64,000 nt of DNA. Origin: an uncultured Nitrospirota bacterium. GTDB taxonomy: Bacteria; Nitrospirota; Thermodesulfovibrionia; Thermodesulfovibrionales; UBA6898. Both the position numbers and the translations under genes were made by a program. This document shows, in pieces, positions 1-10,181 of this stretch (positions are counted from its first letter, which is position 1; each line of letters starts with the position of its first letter). The notes below the pieces were generated by a model. It saw only the letters and a list, made by a program, of their open reading frames with translations. It did no database searches and had not been told where the DNA came from. Where the stretch lies: assembly GCA_947085015.1 (NCBI GenBank), contig CAMTUV010000005.1, positions 63-64,062 on the forward strand, given 5' to 3'.

Positions 1-96
1 TCGGTTACACTGTTTTGATTTTTTGTGAAATCCAGCGTAACCTATTGTAGTACATAGCGTTTAAGTTTATAAACAGACTATAATTATCTATCCGCT

Positions 97-771
97 ATGA
101 CCATGCACTATATTTCAAAAATAGAAAAGGTGGCTCGCGAACTTAAGAAAGAATATAAGGACTTCGCCCACCACAATAGAAAGAACCCACTGGACGAACT
201 TTTCTTTATCCTGTGCAGCGTGAAGAGAAGCGAGAAGGTTTATCTTGAAGCCTTCAAGTCCCTGAAACGAAACTTTCCGAAATATGAGCTGCTGGCTGCT
301 GCGCCGGTTAAGAAGATCAGCAAGGCTGTAGCTTGGGGCGGTCTGCAAAATCAAAAAGCAGCAGCAGCGAAAAAAATCGTAAAATGCCTGATAGAGAGTT
401 TCGGCAGGCCTACTTTGGCCCCGCTCAAAAAGATGTCAGACGAGGAATGTGAGAGCTTCCTCACCGCGCTCCCTGGCATTGGGAAAAAAGCTGCCCGCTG
501 TGTAATGCTTTATTCCCTCGACCGGCAGGTCTTCCCGGTGGACTCCCACTGTTGGAGAATCGCGGGGAGATTAGGCTGGAACGGTAACGAGCGCAACAAC
601 AGCTATGCCTCCGATAACGCCGTAGATCATTTACAGGACCTGACCCCGCCAGCCTTACGCTTCTCTTTGCACGTAAATATGGTTTCCCATGGCCGCAAGA
701 TATGCACCGCTCGATCTCCAAAATGTCGTGAATGCGTTATAACGTCTTATTGCTGCCGAAAGATAGACTGA
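97..771 (+). CDS. HhH-GPD base-excision DNA glycosylase, endonuclease III-like
   Basis: 224-aa ORF. Helix-hairpin-helix motif LPGIGKKAARCV. C-terminal Cys cluster CTARSPKCRECVITSYC resembles the Nth/MutY [4Fe-4S] loop. Confidence 0.7.
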   Translation: MTMHYISKIEKVARELKKEYKDFAHHNRKNPLDELFFILCSVKRSEKVYLEAFKSLKRNFPKYELLAAAPVKKISKAVAWGGLQNQKAAAAKKIVKCLIESFGRPTLAPLKKMSDEECESFLTALPGIGKKAARCVMLYSLDRQVFPVDSHCWRIAGRLGWNGNERNNSYASDNAVDHLQDLTPPALRFSLHVNMVSHGRKICTARSPKCRECVITSYCCRKID

Positions 772-1008
772 AAAGTATTTCATCGGATCCCGGGCAGCTT
801 GGCCGAACGTTGCTGAAATTCGCATTCCCCGCAAGCCGAAGAACAAGCTTGGAGAGAAGTATCTGCAGCAAGGTCCTGCCATAAGGTGCACATGGTTCGA
901 CAAGCTCACCATGACAGACGAAGAGCCTGCCCTGAGCAAATCGAATGGAATTTTGAAGCGCAACGCAGCATGCTGACTTTTTACAAGCCCAGCGCAGTAT
1001 AATAAACT

Positions 1009-3138
1009 ATGTCTGAGACACTATCCCTAACCGGGCTCATCAACAAGGTCCGCTCCTACAGCCAGGATGCTGATTTTAATTCTGTTCAGCGGGCATATCA
1101 TTTTTCGCGAGAGGCCCATTGCAGTCAAAAAAGAAGTGAAGGGTCACCGTATATAAATCATCCACTTGCCGTTGCCTATATCCTTGCTGACATGAAGATG
1201 GACACGCTTTCGATCGCATCCGGCCTGCTCCATGATACGGTTGAAGACGCTGAAGTTACGATGGAAGACATCAGGATCATCTTCGGAAAAGAAATAGCCT
1301 TTATCGTAAAAGGTCTTACAAAGCTTGCAAAGGTTGAGTTCAGGACAAAGCAGGAGGTTCAGGCTGAAAACTTCAGAAAGATGCTCCTTGCCATGTCAGA
1401 AGATATCCGCGTCATGCTCATCAAGTTCGCTGACAGGCTTCATAATATGCGAACGTTGCAGTTTCTGCCCGAGCCAAAACAGCAGCGTATCGCAGCTGAG
1501 ACGCTCGAGATCTACGCGCCAATAGCGAACAGGCTTGGTATCGGATGGCTTAAAACAGAGCTTGAAGACCTGAGCTTTAAATATCTCATGCCCCAGCTGT
1601 ATGAAGATCTGGTCAAAAAAGTCGCAAAGCGCAGGGAAGAACAGGAAGGGTACATAAAAGAAGTTGTTGACCTCATCGAGCAGCAGCTCAAAGAAGAGAA
1701 CCTTCCAGGCAAGGTCAAAGGAAGGGTAAAGCACTTTTACGGCATATACCAGAAGATGCAGAAGCAGAGGATCACCTTTGAGGAGGTCCATGATGTCATC
1801 GGCGTCAGGATCATTACAGACACCAATGCCAATTGCTACGCAATCCTCGGCATTATTCACTCTCTCTGGACACCTATTCCCGGAAAATTCAAGGACTACA
1901 TCGGCGTGCCCAAGTCAAACATGTACCAGTCCCTTCATACTACCGTCATAGCCCCTAAAGGAGAGCGGGTAGAGTTTCAGATACGAACAGGTGAGATGAA
2001 CAGGGTGGCTGAACAGGGCATTGCCTCTCACTGGAAATATAAGGAAAAGGGAACCATTGACGAGAACAACAACAAGTATATTACCTGGCTCAGGGAGTTG
2101 GTGCAGGCACAGAAAGATGAACCGAATGCGGTCGATTTTCTCGAAGCTCTCAAGGGAGAGGTCGTGCCTGAAGTGGTCTACGTTTTCACTCCCAAGGGCG
2201 AGGTGAAAGAGATGCCTCTCGGCTCAACACCAGTTGACCTTGCCTACAGCATCCATACACAGATTGGCCACAAATGCGTCGGTGCAAGGATCAACAGCAA
2301 GATCGTCCCTCTGAAATACAAAATGAGAAACGGAGATACCGTCGAGATCATCACCTCGCCGACACATGGGCCAAGCAGGGACTGGCTCAAGTTCGTGGTC
2401 ACTCAGAGGGCAAAGGCACGAATAAAGCAGTGGATCAAGGCAGAAGAACGCACACAGAGCGTTGAACTCGGCATCAAGCTTCTCGAAAATGACTTCAGGA
2501 AGCATGGCATGAGCCATGCGCTGATGAAATCAGACGAGATACTGGATGTAGCCAAGGCACTCGGCGTGGGCAATCTCGAAGAGCTCTTCGTAGCTGTCGG
2601 CTTCGGCAAGATAACCCCGCACCAGGTAATCAACCGGCTTAGGCCGGAAAAAGAGGTTGCCGAAGAAGAGGCGGTAAAAATCCATCGGCCGGCAAAGGAA
2701 CATAAAGGCATCAGCATCAAAGGCATTGACGATATCCTCTACCATACGGGCAAATGCTGCTTCCCTGTTCCAGGCGACAGTCTTGTCGGTTTTGTCACGA
2801 TCGGCAAAGGTGTTACGATCCACCGAAAGGACTGTCTGAACCTTGAAAGACTTGCAATTGAGAATGCACGGCTCGTAGATGTTGAGTGGCAGCCGTCTTC
2901 ACAAATTTCGGCAAACACCCGCCTTTATGTCGAAACTGTTGACAAGCCCGGCATTCTCGCTAATCTCAGCGCCCTCATCTCGTCGCTCAATATCAATATC
3001 GTTCATCTTGAAGCATCGTCAACCCAGGACAAGAAAGGTCATATAACCCTTGTCATTGAGGTAAAGGACCTCGCTCAGCTCAAATCGCTCATGCATAAGA
3101 TCACCCAGATGGAAGGCATTCTCAGGATCAGGAGATAA
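1009..3138 (+). CDS. relA: bifunctional (p)ppGpp synthetase/hydrolase RelA/SpoT family
   Basis: 709 aa. N-terminal HD hydrolase motif (HPLAV..LHDTVED), RelA/SpoT synthetase core (YIGVPKSNMYQSLHTTV..EFQIRT), TGS region and C-terminal ACT-like region. Confidence 0.9.
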   Translation: MSETLSLTGLINKVRSYSQDADFNSVQRAYHFSREAHCSQKRSEGSPYINHPLAVAYILADMKMDTLSIASGLLHDTVEDAEVTMEDIRIIFGKEIAFIVKGLTKLAKVEFRTKQEVQAENFRKMLLAMSEDIRVMLIKFADRLHNMRTLQFLPEPKQQRIAAETLEIYAPIANRLGIGWLKTELEDLSFKYLMPQLYEDLVKKVAKRREEQEGYIKEVVDLIEQQLKEENLPGKVKGRVKHFYGIYQKMQKQRITFEEVHDVIGVRIITDTNANCYAILGIIHSLWTPIPGKFKDYIGVPKSNMYQSLHTTVIAPKGERVEFQIRTGEMNRVAEQGIASHWKYKEKGTIDENNNKYITWLRELVQAQKDEPNAVDFLEALKGEVVPEVVYVFTPKGEVKEMPLGSTPVDLAYSIHTQIGHKCVGARINSKIVPLKYKMRNGDTVEIITSPTHGPSRDWLKFVVTQRAKARIKQWIKAEERTQSVELGIKLLENDFRKHGMSHALMKSDEILDVAKALGVGNLEELFVAVGFGKITPHQVINRLRPEKEVAEEEAVKIHRPAKEHKGISIKGIDDILYHTGKCCFPVPGDSLVGFVTIGKGVTIHRKDCLNLERLAIENARLVDVEWQPSSQISANTRLYVETVDKPGILANLSALISSLNINIVHLEASSTQDKKGHITLVIEVKDLAQLKSLMHKITQMEGILRIRR

Positions 3139-3191
3139 GTTTTCCTCAAGTTGACAAGATTCATCTCTGAGCTTAATATAGTAATCTTCGT

Positions 3192-3278
3192 GCCGAAGTG
3201 GCGGAATTGGCAGACGCGCCAGATTCAGGTTCTGGTGGTGGAAACGCTGTAGGGGTTCGAGTCCCCTCTTCGGCACCA
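3192..3278 (+). tRNA. tRNA-Leu (anticodon CAG), type II with long variable arm, encoded CCA
   Basis: Hand-folded. Acceptor stem gccgaag/cttcggc, anticodon stem ccaga/tctgg with loop ttCAGgt, T-arm ggggttcgagtcccc, and terminal acca. Confidence 0.85.
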
Positions 3279-3334
3279 AGTATTTCCTTACTATAATTAC
3301 TCCAGATTCACTTTATACATCATGAGGTGACGTT

Positions 3335-3805
3335 ATGGAAAACATGGATCTTCTGAGAAACATCTCCTTTCTGAAAGACCTTTCTACCGGCGAACTGATC
3401 AAGATCACTATCCTTACCGAGAATGTATCTTTCAGTGAGGGAGAGGAGATCATGCAGGAAGGAGCGCCCTGCGACGCCATCTATATCGTAAAATCAGGCA
3501 GTGTCAGAATAATGAAAGGCGGCGCCCATCTGGAAACTGTTGAAGCAGGGGAACCGCTCGGAGAGATCGCTTTTATCGACAAGGGGCCGCGCTCTGCCAC
3601 TATTGTCGCAGCCACGGATACCGCTCTGATCAGGCTTGCATCAGACAAGTTCGAACAGGTTCTGGCCCATGACAAGGAACTGGCCAACAAGATCTACCGG
3701 TCGATCATCATGACCCTCTGCAAGAGGCTTCGCGACGCAACCCAAGCCCTCAAGATCGTCCCTGACTATGTCATGGACTCCTATAAAAACTTCGAAAATA
3801 TTTGA
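3335..3805 (+). CDS. cyclic-nucleotide-binding domain protein
   Basis: 156 aa. Crp-type cNMP-binding signature GEPLGEIAFIDKGPRSATIVA. SD gaggtga lies upstream of the ATG. Confidence 0.7.
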   Translation: MENMDLLRNISFLKDLSTGELIKITILTENVSFSEGEEIMQEGAPCDAIYIVKSGSVRIMKGGAHLETVEAGEPLGEIAFIDKGPRSATIVAATDTALIRLASDKFEQVLAHDKELANKIYRSIIMTLCKRLRDATQALKIVPDYVMDSYKNFENI

Positions 3806-3938
3806 TTTGCCTTATTGACACGAGTTCCTGTGGCCGACAGGGCACGGCATCTGCAAGTCAGGCCGCACGCATCCAGGATCTTTTAGGGAATAACAGCACG
3901 TAGGGCGAGGTCCGGGGAGTGAGTATATTTATGACTTA

Positions 3939-4646
3939 TCAGTTCAGGCTGTAGTTAATCGGTATGATCAACTGGGCCTCTATCGGTGGCTTGGGGAAGG
4001 GCGATGCCTGCTGGACAGCTAGGACCGCATTATTGTCGAGCATCTCGATGCCTGAACTTTCCCTGATCGTAATGCCCTTGGCGTGTCCGTCAGGACAGAC
4101 AATAAATGAGATAAGCACCTTTCCCTCCCACCCCATCCTTCTCGCTATCTTCGGATAACTCAGCTTCTGCTGGACAATGTTTCTGATATATGCAAAATGC
4201 TCTTTGAGATAGTTCTGTTTTGTTCCCTCAACAGGGTTGCCCTGTCCATGGAAAGCAGAGGCCTTACCCTCTGCTTTTTCGACGTTTGCCGTGGACGATG
4301 AACTACCGGATGCAGGCTGAACGCTTGCGAAGGACTTTGAAGCAGCTGCAGGCGCCTGGTTTTCAGCCACTGTTTCGCTGATTGCCGTAATCTGCTGGGG
4401 CACTGGTGCCTGCTTTGCAACAACAGGCTTTGGCGTCAACGGTTCAGCTTCCCGGACCTTGATATTTTTGCTTTTTGGCACAGCCGATGTTGTTGGGTCG
4501 CCTTTCACTGATGAGTTTTCGATACTAAAGTCGATCACCACTGGCTTGCTGAGACGAAGCATTGAACTGTTTATGAACATAATGACAAATAAAACGGACA
4601 TATGGATAACCAAAGAAAAACTAAAACCTCTTTGTTGATAGTTCAT
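3939..4646 (-). CDS. tonB: energy transducer TonB
   Basis: N-terminal TM helix, Pro/Ala/Ser-rich linker, and a C-terminal TonB domain (YPKIARRMGWEGKVLISFIV..DG). The start overlaps the exbD stop by 4 nt. Confidence 0.75.
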   Translation of the reverse strand: MNYQQRGFSFSLVIHMSVLFVIMFINSSMLRLSKPVVIDFSIENSSVKGDPTTSAVPKSKNIKVREAEPLTPKPVVAKQAPVPQQITAISETVAENQAPAAASKSFASVQPASGSSSSTANVEKAEGKASAFHGQGNPVEGTKQNYLKEHFAYIRNIVQQKLSYPKIARRMGWEGKVLISFIVCPDGHAKGITIRESSGIEMLDNNAVLAVQQASPFPKPPIEAQLIIPINYSLN

Positions 4647-5023
4647 CTCTTTCCCTCTGTCTGCAGGCTCACTTTTTTGAACCCGAGGTTCTTCACAACA
4701 TCGATCACGTCCACAAAGATCTGGAGTGCAAGGATCCTGTCGGCTCGGATCAGTATTGGAATCTCCCTTCCGAGGGCCTGCATGGATTCCCTTAACCCGT
4801 CAATAGATACAGGCTGTGCGTTCAGATATACCTGTCCCTCCCTGTTTATCTCTATTGTCTGCGTCTTCAGTATCTCTGCCTGGTTCTTGGATGCCCTCGG
4901 AAGCTCCACAGGTATCACGCCTGCAGCGATAAAGGTCGAGGTCGTGAGCACTATTGTGAGCAGTACGAGCATCACATCTACAAGAGGAATGACATTCATA
5001 TAATTAAACTCTTTTTCTTCCAT
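4643..5023 (-). CDS. exbD: biopolymer transport protein ExbD/TolR
   Basis: 126 aa with the characteristic N-terminus [13 protein letters not shown] and a single TM helix. Confidence 0.8.
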   Translation of the reverse strand: MEEKEFNYMNVIPLVDVMLVLLTIVLTTSTFIAAGVIPVELPRASKNQAEILKTQTIEINREGQVYLNAQPVSIDGLRESMQALGREIPILIRADRILALQIFVDVIDVVKNLGFKKVSLQTEGKR

Positions 5024-5438
5024 CTGCTATCTCCCACTTTGTGATAATGACCTTTGCCTTTCTCAGTAGAAGGTTATAAAGAACTATTGATGGAATCGCC
5101 ACAAGCAGGCCTATGGCTGTTGCCTTGAGCGCCAGCGCGAGGCCCACCATGATCTTGCTCGTATCCATGAACCCTTCCCTGCCCATGGTATAGAAGGTGA
5201 GCATTATCCCAAGTACTGTGCCGAGCAGACCGATATAAGGGGCGTTGCTGCCGATCGTTGCGATGATATGAAGCCTGTCTGTGATTACAAGTTCAAGAGA
5301 TTGCTTGTCAATAAATTCATCTGTCCTGATGTTCTTGTACGTGAGTAACCGTTCGACCGCAATCCCAACGGCTATGAAACTCATCATGATAAGCAGTCCG
5401 ATAATGCCGTAATCAACGGCCTCTTTAAGCCACTCCAT
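5004..5438 (-). CDS. exbB: MotA/TolQ/ExbB proton-channel protein
   Basis: I trimmed the start to the ATG at 5438 ([11 protein letters not shown]..), which is preceded by GGAGG. The longer track ORF (to 5690) overlaps the upstream gene. Motif [16 protein letters not shown] is typical of ExbB/TolQ. Confidence 0.75.
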   Translation of the reverse strand: MEWLKEAVDYGIIGLLIMMSFIAVGIAVERLLTYKNIRTDEFIDKQSLELVITDRLHIIATIGSNAPYIGLLGTVLGIMLTFYTMGREGFMDTSKIMVGLALALKATAIGLLVAIPSIVLYNLLLRKAKVIITKWEIADGRKRV

Positions 5439-5452
5439 GTTATATAAACCTC

Positions 5453-6064
5453 CTAAATAAGTATTTTTACACCCATGATAACTATCATGACAATAGAGAT
5501 GGCCTTCATATAAGGCACAAAACCCTTTGCCTCGATTCCAATATATTTCGACATTACCGCCAGTCCTCCACCTGCAACAATGAGAGGAGAAAGGGTTAAT
5601 CCCAATCCATAAACCAGACCATAAGAGATTCCCGAAATTAAAGAGCCGTTCTTTGCAGCGAGTAGAAACATTGCAACAAGCGGAGGACATGGTATAAGGC
5701 TCGTGGATATACCTAGTAAAAACAGAGAAATGTTTTTGCCCATAACCTGCCTTTTATTACAACACGCGCCCCTGCTCACAAAAGGAATGGAAAGGCCGAA
5801 GGCAATAATGGCTATACCCAAAATCCATTTTGCAGACATGCTTTTGTCAAGCATCAAGACATTCCCGAGATATGCGGAAAGTCCTCCGATGACAGCATAG
5901 CAGGTTATTTTCCCTGCAAGAAACATAAGCGATGACCTGACTCCGTCTCCAAATCCCTTCCCCGTGCTCAAGAGATAGGGGCCTAAATAGGGAAGGCATG
6001 TGAAGCTGCATACAGTCGTGCCGTAAACAAGCCCAAGCATAAAGAGACCTGCTGCATCATGCAT
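5453..6064 (-). CDS. DsbD/CcdA-superfamily thiol-disulfide (reductant-transfer) membrane protein
   Basis: Polytopic membrane protein with Cys/Pro motifs in TM helices ([13 protein letters not shown] and LIPCPPL). AAGGAGG lies 8 nt upstream of the ATG at 6064. Confidence 0.45.
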   Translation of the reverse strand: MHDAAGLFMLGLVYGTTVCSFTCLPYLGPYLLSTGKGFGDGVRSSLMFLAGKITCYAVIGGLSAYLGNVLMLDKSMSAKWILGIAIIAFGLSIPFVSRGACCNKRQVMGKNISLFLLGISTSLIPCPPLVAMFLLAAKNGSLISGISYGLVYGLGLTLSPLIVAGGGLAVMSKYIGIEAKGFVPYMKAISIVMIVIMGVKILI

Positions 6065-6878
6065 GAACCTTTCCTCCTTCTGCAAGAAAAGCCTCTTTTG
6101 CTATCAAGGCCGCTCCGATTGCTGTGGTAATCTGGGGGATTTCAGGCACAATAACATTTCTCAGCAGTTCATCTTCCATTGCCGCGACAAGCCCTTTGTT
6201 CATTGCAGGGCCTCCGTCAAAAAAAACCATGTCCTCGATGCCTATTCTTTTTGCAAGGCGCACGATCCTCTTTGCAATTGAGTATTGAACACCGGCAATA
6301 ATCTCTTCACGCTCATGTCCGCTTGCGAGCAGGCTGATTATCTCCGACTCGGCAAAAACAGTGCAGGTGCTGTTAATAGTAAGCGGAACTCCCTTTGCAT
6401 TCAGATGCAAGTCTCCCAGTTCGTCTACCTTTACTCCAAGATTTCGCGCTGTCATTTCAAGAAATCTGCCTGTGCCTGCGGCGCACTTGTCGTTCATTGC
6501 AAAGTTCCTGACATGCCCGTCATCATCGAGCATTATGGCTTTTGAGTCCTGTCCTCCGATATTGATTATCGTCCGCACCGTTCCGCAATCTTTCCCGATG
6601 ATTCTGGCGCCTGCGGCATTTGCCGTTATTTCGCTTACAAACTCGTCTGCCTCTTTAAAGAGTTTCCTGCCGTAGCCTGTGGCTGTGATATAGGCTACAT
6701 TATTTTTATTTGTCCCTGTCCTCTCAAGCAGCGCATGAAAACTGTCCAGCGTGTTCTTATGGAACTGGCTGCCAGTCGGGGATGTCTGGTGTGCAACGAT
6801 ATTCCCAGCTTCATCTATCAGGACTATCTTTATTGCGGTAGAACCGATGTCTATGCCGGCAAAATATTTTACGCTCAT
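6057..6878 (-). CDS. BadF/BadG/BcrA/BcrD-type ATPase, acyl-CoA dehydratase activase (HgdC-like)
   Basis: 273 aa. N-terminal actin-fold phosphate motif GIDIGSTAIKIVL and the conserved ..DKCAAGTGRFLE.. cluster-ligand region. Confidence 0.8.
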   Translation of the reverse strand: MSVKYFAGIDIGSTAIKIVLIDEAGNIVAHQTSPTGSQFHKNTLDSFHALLERTGTNKNNVAYITATGYGRKLFKEADEFVSEITANAAGARIIGKDCGTVRTIINIGGQDSKAIMLDDDGHVRNFAMNDKCAAGTGRFLEMTARNLGVKVDELGDLHLNAKGVPLTINSTCTVFAESEIISLLASGHEREEIIAGVQYSIAKRIVRLAKRIGIEDMVFFDGGPAMNKGLVAAMEDELLRNVIVPEIPQITTAIGAALIAKEAFLAEGGKVHA

Positions 6879-6914
6879 GATCTCCTTTGAGGCATAAGGG
6901 GGGGTTTGTCCCTC

Positions 6915-8204
6915 TTACGAAATACCTCTTTGCAATTTGCTTCTCTTCCTGTTTTTAATAGACTCCATGAATGCCTCAACCCTTGTAGAAAGCTGCCCTG
7001 TGTCTTCTGGGCTGTAATCAGTTTCAATATAAAGCATCGGGACGCCTTCTGTCTCAAGCATTTTTGCTATCGCCTTATGCTCCATCTCGTAGGGGTTGCA
7101 TCCTGAGAACGCCTGATACACAACGCCGTCAACGCCGAATTCCTTTGCCATCTCTTTCAATTTTCGTTTCCTGTCATCGTTCTTTACAAAGCATGGGCAG
7201 GTGCACGGCTTCAAATACCTGTCCGCAACGGCAGGGATCATGTCATAGAGATTCCCTTCGTCAAAGGATATTGGGTCGTACAGAAGCCTCGAAGACGAGC
7301 ACATCTCATCGGCGACAATAACGCCCCCCGACTGCTCTATTAGCAGAGGAAGCTTGAGATTTGGAAATATCGCAGGAGAGCCGGTAAAGAGAATCCTCGG
7401 CGCATGTTTATTAGCAACGCATACCCCTTTAGCTTCTCGTTGTTCAAGTTCAGCGTTGAGTTTTGCAAGCGCATCTGTCCAGTGCTCTATTTTGTCAAAG
7501 AAATAGCCATTGGCTACAACAAATGCGTCTTTTCCGTATATGAGATTATGCGCACCCTTTCTGAGATTATTGAATCTCCTGAATTCTGCCCTTGCCCTGT
7601 TAGCCTTCATCACCGCTTCGCTCAATCCTTTTTTGGTAATTCTGTTTCCGGACATATCCTCCAGTGCAGCTGCAAAATTTTTCACTGAACTCTGCCAGTA
7701 AACACGCGCTTCCTCCGAATCTTTTATTGAAGGCATTTCAAGGACATAAGTCTTATAACCAATATCCTCCAGCATAGAAGCCGCCTTCTTCTTCTGATCG
7801 CAGGTTGTAGCAACTACTATGGCGCTCAGCGAATCTTTAAAAGGCATATTTTTGATATTCAACATTCCCAGTGTTGCCTTAACCAGAGAGCATGACTTGG
7901 CATGCATGAATTCCGCCCCTGTCTGGTCGTATACGTATGAGCCGCTGCATATTCTTACCGGTCTTGCTCCTGACGCATAAATAAGCTCTTCGGGAACCTG
8001 AATGCACATTGTTCCTATTACTTCAGAACAGTCGTTCGGCATCTCCCCTTGTATATAAAACTTATGGAGCAGTGAATAAAAGTATCCCATTGTATCAGGA
8101 TTATCGGGGAAATCCTCTGTTATCTTTTTTAGTGCCTCCTTTGCCTCCATTGCAAGGTGAACCGCAGTTGTCTTTTTTATTCTTTCAACTCTTTCAATTT
8201 TCAT
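6915..8204 (-). CDS. 2-hydroxyacyl-CoA dehydratase family protein (HgdB/BcrC/BadD-like)
   Basis: I trimmed the start to the ATG at 8204 (MKIERVERIKK), preceded by GGAGGG. Family-typical motifs are ATTCDQKKK and SGCNPY..GVPMLYIETDYS. Confidence 0.7.
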   Translation of the reverse strand: MKIERVERIKKTTAVHLAMEAKEALKKITEDFPDNPDTMGYFYSLLHKFYIQGEMPNDCSEVIGTMCIQVPEELIYASGARPVRICSGSYVYDQTGAEFMHAKSCSLVKATLGMLNIKNMPFKDSLSAIVVATTCDQKKKAASMLEDIGYKTYVLEMPSIKDSEEARVYWQSSVKNFAAALEDMSGNRITKKGLSEAVMKANRARAEFRRFNNLRKGAHNLIYGKDAFVVANGYFFDKIEHWTDALAKLNAELEQREAKGVCVANKHAPRILFTGSPAIFPNLKLPLLIEQSGGVIVADEMCSSSRLLYDPISFDEGNLYDMIPAVADRYLKPCTCPCFVKNDDRKRKLKEMAKEFGVDGVVYQAFSGCNPYEMEHKAIAKMLETEGVPMLYIETDYSPEDTGQLSTRVEAFMESIKNRKRSKLQRGIS

Positions 8205-9186
8205 CTTTAACTTTTCCCTCCATCCTTTTGAAAAAGCCCTGCTCAGTAGAGCTAAATACAGGCAATCCCAAGAAACGTACATCAAGGCATTTCTCTTCAG
8301 GACATGCCGCCACGCACTTAAAACACATCATACAGTCATCCTGCAGTATGTTCTTGCTCACCACATCATCCGCTATCTCTCTGATGCCCATATCGCACAC
8401 GCGGGAGCAATTCCCGCACTTCGTGCATTTGGAGCCGTCTTTGATAAGCCTTAGAAGTCCCGCTTTTGAAAAGATATATTGCAAAGCGCTCATAGGACAG
8501 AAGAGACAGAAAAACCTTTTCTTTGCAAAGGCCCCCACAAAAAAAGTCCCTGTAACTGCCATACCGAGGGCTGTAAGCGTCAGTTTTGTCTTAGAGCTGA
8601 AATCCACAACGAGCTGTTTTATATCTCCATTAAAAAGTGGAAGCACCGTCCTTCCCGGACATATCATGCAGTAAGGGGTCATAAAGTCCTCGGAGAGTTT
8701 TCCAATGCCCGGGACGGCATTGCTCATTCCGAGAGAAAGAAGTATCAGCAGCACAAGCAGCACATACTTTATTTTTATCAGCCCATGAAATGTCCTCTCA
8801 GAATAAGCGCTATATCTGATTCCGAGCCTGCTCCTGAGCTTTGTTGTCCAGTCCTGTATTGTGCCAAGAGGACACGCAAACCCGCACCATGCCTTGTTAA
8901 AAAGCATGAAAAAAAGCACAAATGTTATAAGCCCTGTCAGGAAGGCGACACCCCTTCCGCCAATAAACTGTGCAAGCGGCATATTCAGTTGATGCTGAAG
9001 CGGATAGAGATAACATGTCCCTCCCCTGCCGTCTCCTACAAAAGCACAGGCAAAGGTCGGAAGGTTTGCGCCCAAGTCAATTGCCAGATAGCCGCCGTAC
9101 ATAAGCAGTCCGAAAGCGACAACTTGGGAGTAAAGTCGGAAACGGTTTATGTCTGCGCTATAGACAAGCTCCCTAATTTTTCTCAT
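8194..9186 (-). CDS. membrane-bound 4Fe-4S polyferredoxin (NapH/MauN-like), paralog 1
   Basis: TM helices plus CGFACPLGT and two ferredoxin motifs (CTKCGNCSRVC, CMMCFKCVAACP). I trimmed the start to the ATG at 9186 (MRKIRELVY). Confidence 0.7.
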   Translation of the reverse strand: MRKIRELVYSADINRFRLYSQVVAFGLLMYGGYLAIDLGANLPTFACAFVGDGRGGTCYLYPLQHQLNMPLAQFIGGRGVAFLTGLITFVLFFMLFNKAWCGFACPLGTIQDWTTKLRSRLGIRYSAYSERTFHGLIKIKYVLLVLLILLSLGMSNAVPGIGKLSEDFMTPYCMICPGRTVLPLFNGDIKQLVVDFSSKTKLTLTALGMAVTGTFFVGAFAKKRFFCLFCPMSALQYIFSKAGLLRLIKDGSKCTKCGNCSRVCDMGIREIADDVVSKNILQDDCMMCFKCVAACPEEKCLDVRFLGLPVFSSTEQGFFKRMEGKVKDEN

Positions 9187-10171
9187 TAAACTCAACCTCT
9201 CTGTAAGGCCTTTTGCGCCTCTCACGGTAAATATAAACCGCAAGCCCTCCTGCAATGGCAAAGGCTGCTGTTATTCCCAGACCATATGCGTAAGATGTAT
9301 ATTCACTGCGCTGCGGTTGGTATTTCCAAGGAAGGGTTGTGATCAGTTTGATCCTGTCATAGCGCTTGCCTTCATAAACGCCTTCTTCATCGGCCTCATA
9401 CTCTGCTGTGATCACGAAACCGCTTCTCTTTCTCGCAGTGAAGTCATTCCACTTGTCAGGATAATAATCCCTTATAAGCTGCAATGAGCCCTTGCCGTCG
9501 TCATCAGTCTTGAGCATCTTCATCCATCCGCTCTGAGTCCGCACCCTTACGGCAGCCTTTACAGGCCTTCCGTCATGCAAGACAGAAAAAACAAAATTAT
9601 CGCCCGACATTGTTTGCGTATGAAAGTAGCTGTTCCACTGGTCATGACCTATTATCTCAAGCGGAATTGCATCGAGATGCTTTGGCCTCTGCCTTTCTTT
9701 GTCGAACTTATGTTTATGCCCCCATCCGCAGCTGTGATTTATTGCATTCATCTTTGCGACCCTGATGAGGAGCGTTCTATCTAAAGCCTGCTTGTCCACT
9801 ACATAGACATTAAAGATGCCGTCCATTGAGCCGTCCATAGGCTTTGTGTCGAATGTAACGCTCCATGCTCCCTCAGCATGGCTCAACCTGCCTTCGCCAA
9901 TTGAGCCGTCAGGCCTCAGAACATAAGCCTTTGCGCTATCAGAGAGGTCATGAATATTGAGATAAACTGTCTTTACAGGAGTTGCCCTGTGCTCTGAGTG
10001 ATCGCCACCTCCGCCTCTCTGGCCTCCCTTGTGCTCTTTAAGGCCGCCCGAATGTCCGGCGGGAGGATTTTCGGAGAGGAACATGGCCTCTCCGAATTTT
10101 GCCTGAGACGGCAAAGAATACGCCTCAACCGCCAGAAAAAGTACAATTACTATTGTGATAAAGCGCATCAT
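9173..10171 (-). CDS. exported His/Gly-rich protein with C-terminal TM anchor (possibly DUF4198/NikM-like metal-uptake component)
   Basis: Signal peptide MMRFITIVIVLFLAVEAYS, a His/Gly-rich stretch (GHSGGLKEHKGGQRGGGGDHSEH), and a C-terminal hydrophobic helix. The family assignment is from memory only. Confidence 0.45.
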   Translation of the reverse strand: MMRFITIVIVLFLAVEAYSLPSQAKFGEAMFLSENPPAGHSGGLKEHKGGQRGGGGDHSEHRATPVKTVYLNIHDLSDSAKAYVLRPDGSIGEGRLSHAEGAWSVTFDTKPMDGSMDGIFNVYVVDKQALDRTLLIRVAKMNAINHSCGWGHKHKFDKERQRPKHLDAIPLEIIGHDQWNSYFHTQTMSGDNFVFSVLHDGRPVKAAVRVRTQSGWMKMLKTDDDGKGSLQLIRDYYPDKWNDFTARKRSGFVITAEYEADEEGVYEGKRYDRIKLITTLPWKYQPQRSEYTSYAYGLGITAAFAIAGGLAVYIYRERRKRPYREVEFNEKN

Positions 10172-10181
10172 CTGCCTACTC

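Noticed and set aside
5439-5690. N-terminal extensions of several track ORFs (5004-5690, 6915-8285, 8194-9261, 20534-21652, 27396-30578, 40169-40879, 42035-42430, 42462-42944, 43463-43873, 50266-50610)
   Set aside because: The extensions overlap upstream genes or lack family-typical sequence. Internal ATGs preceded by Shine-Dalgarno motifs give N-termini that match the expected families, so I trimmed the starts.
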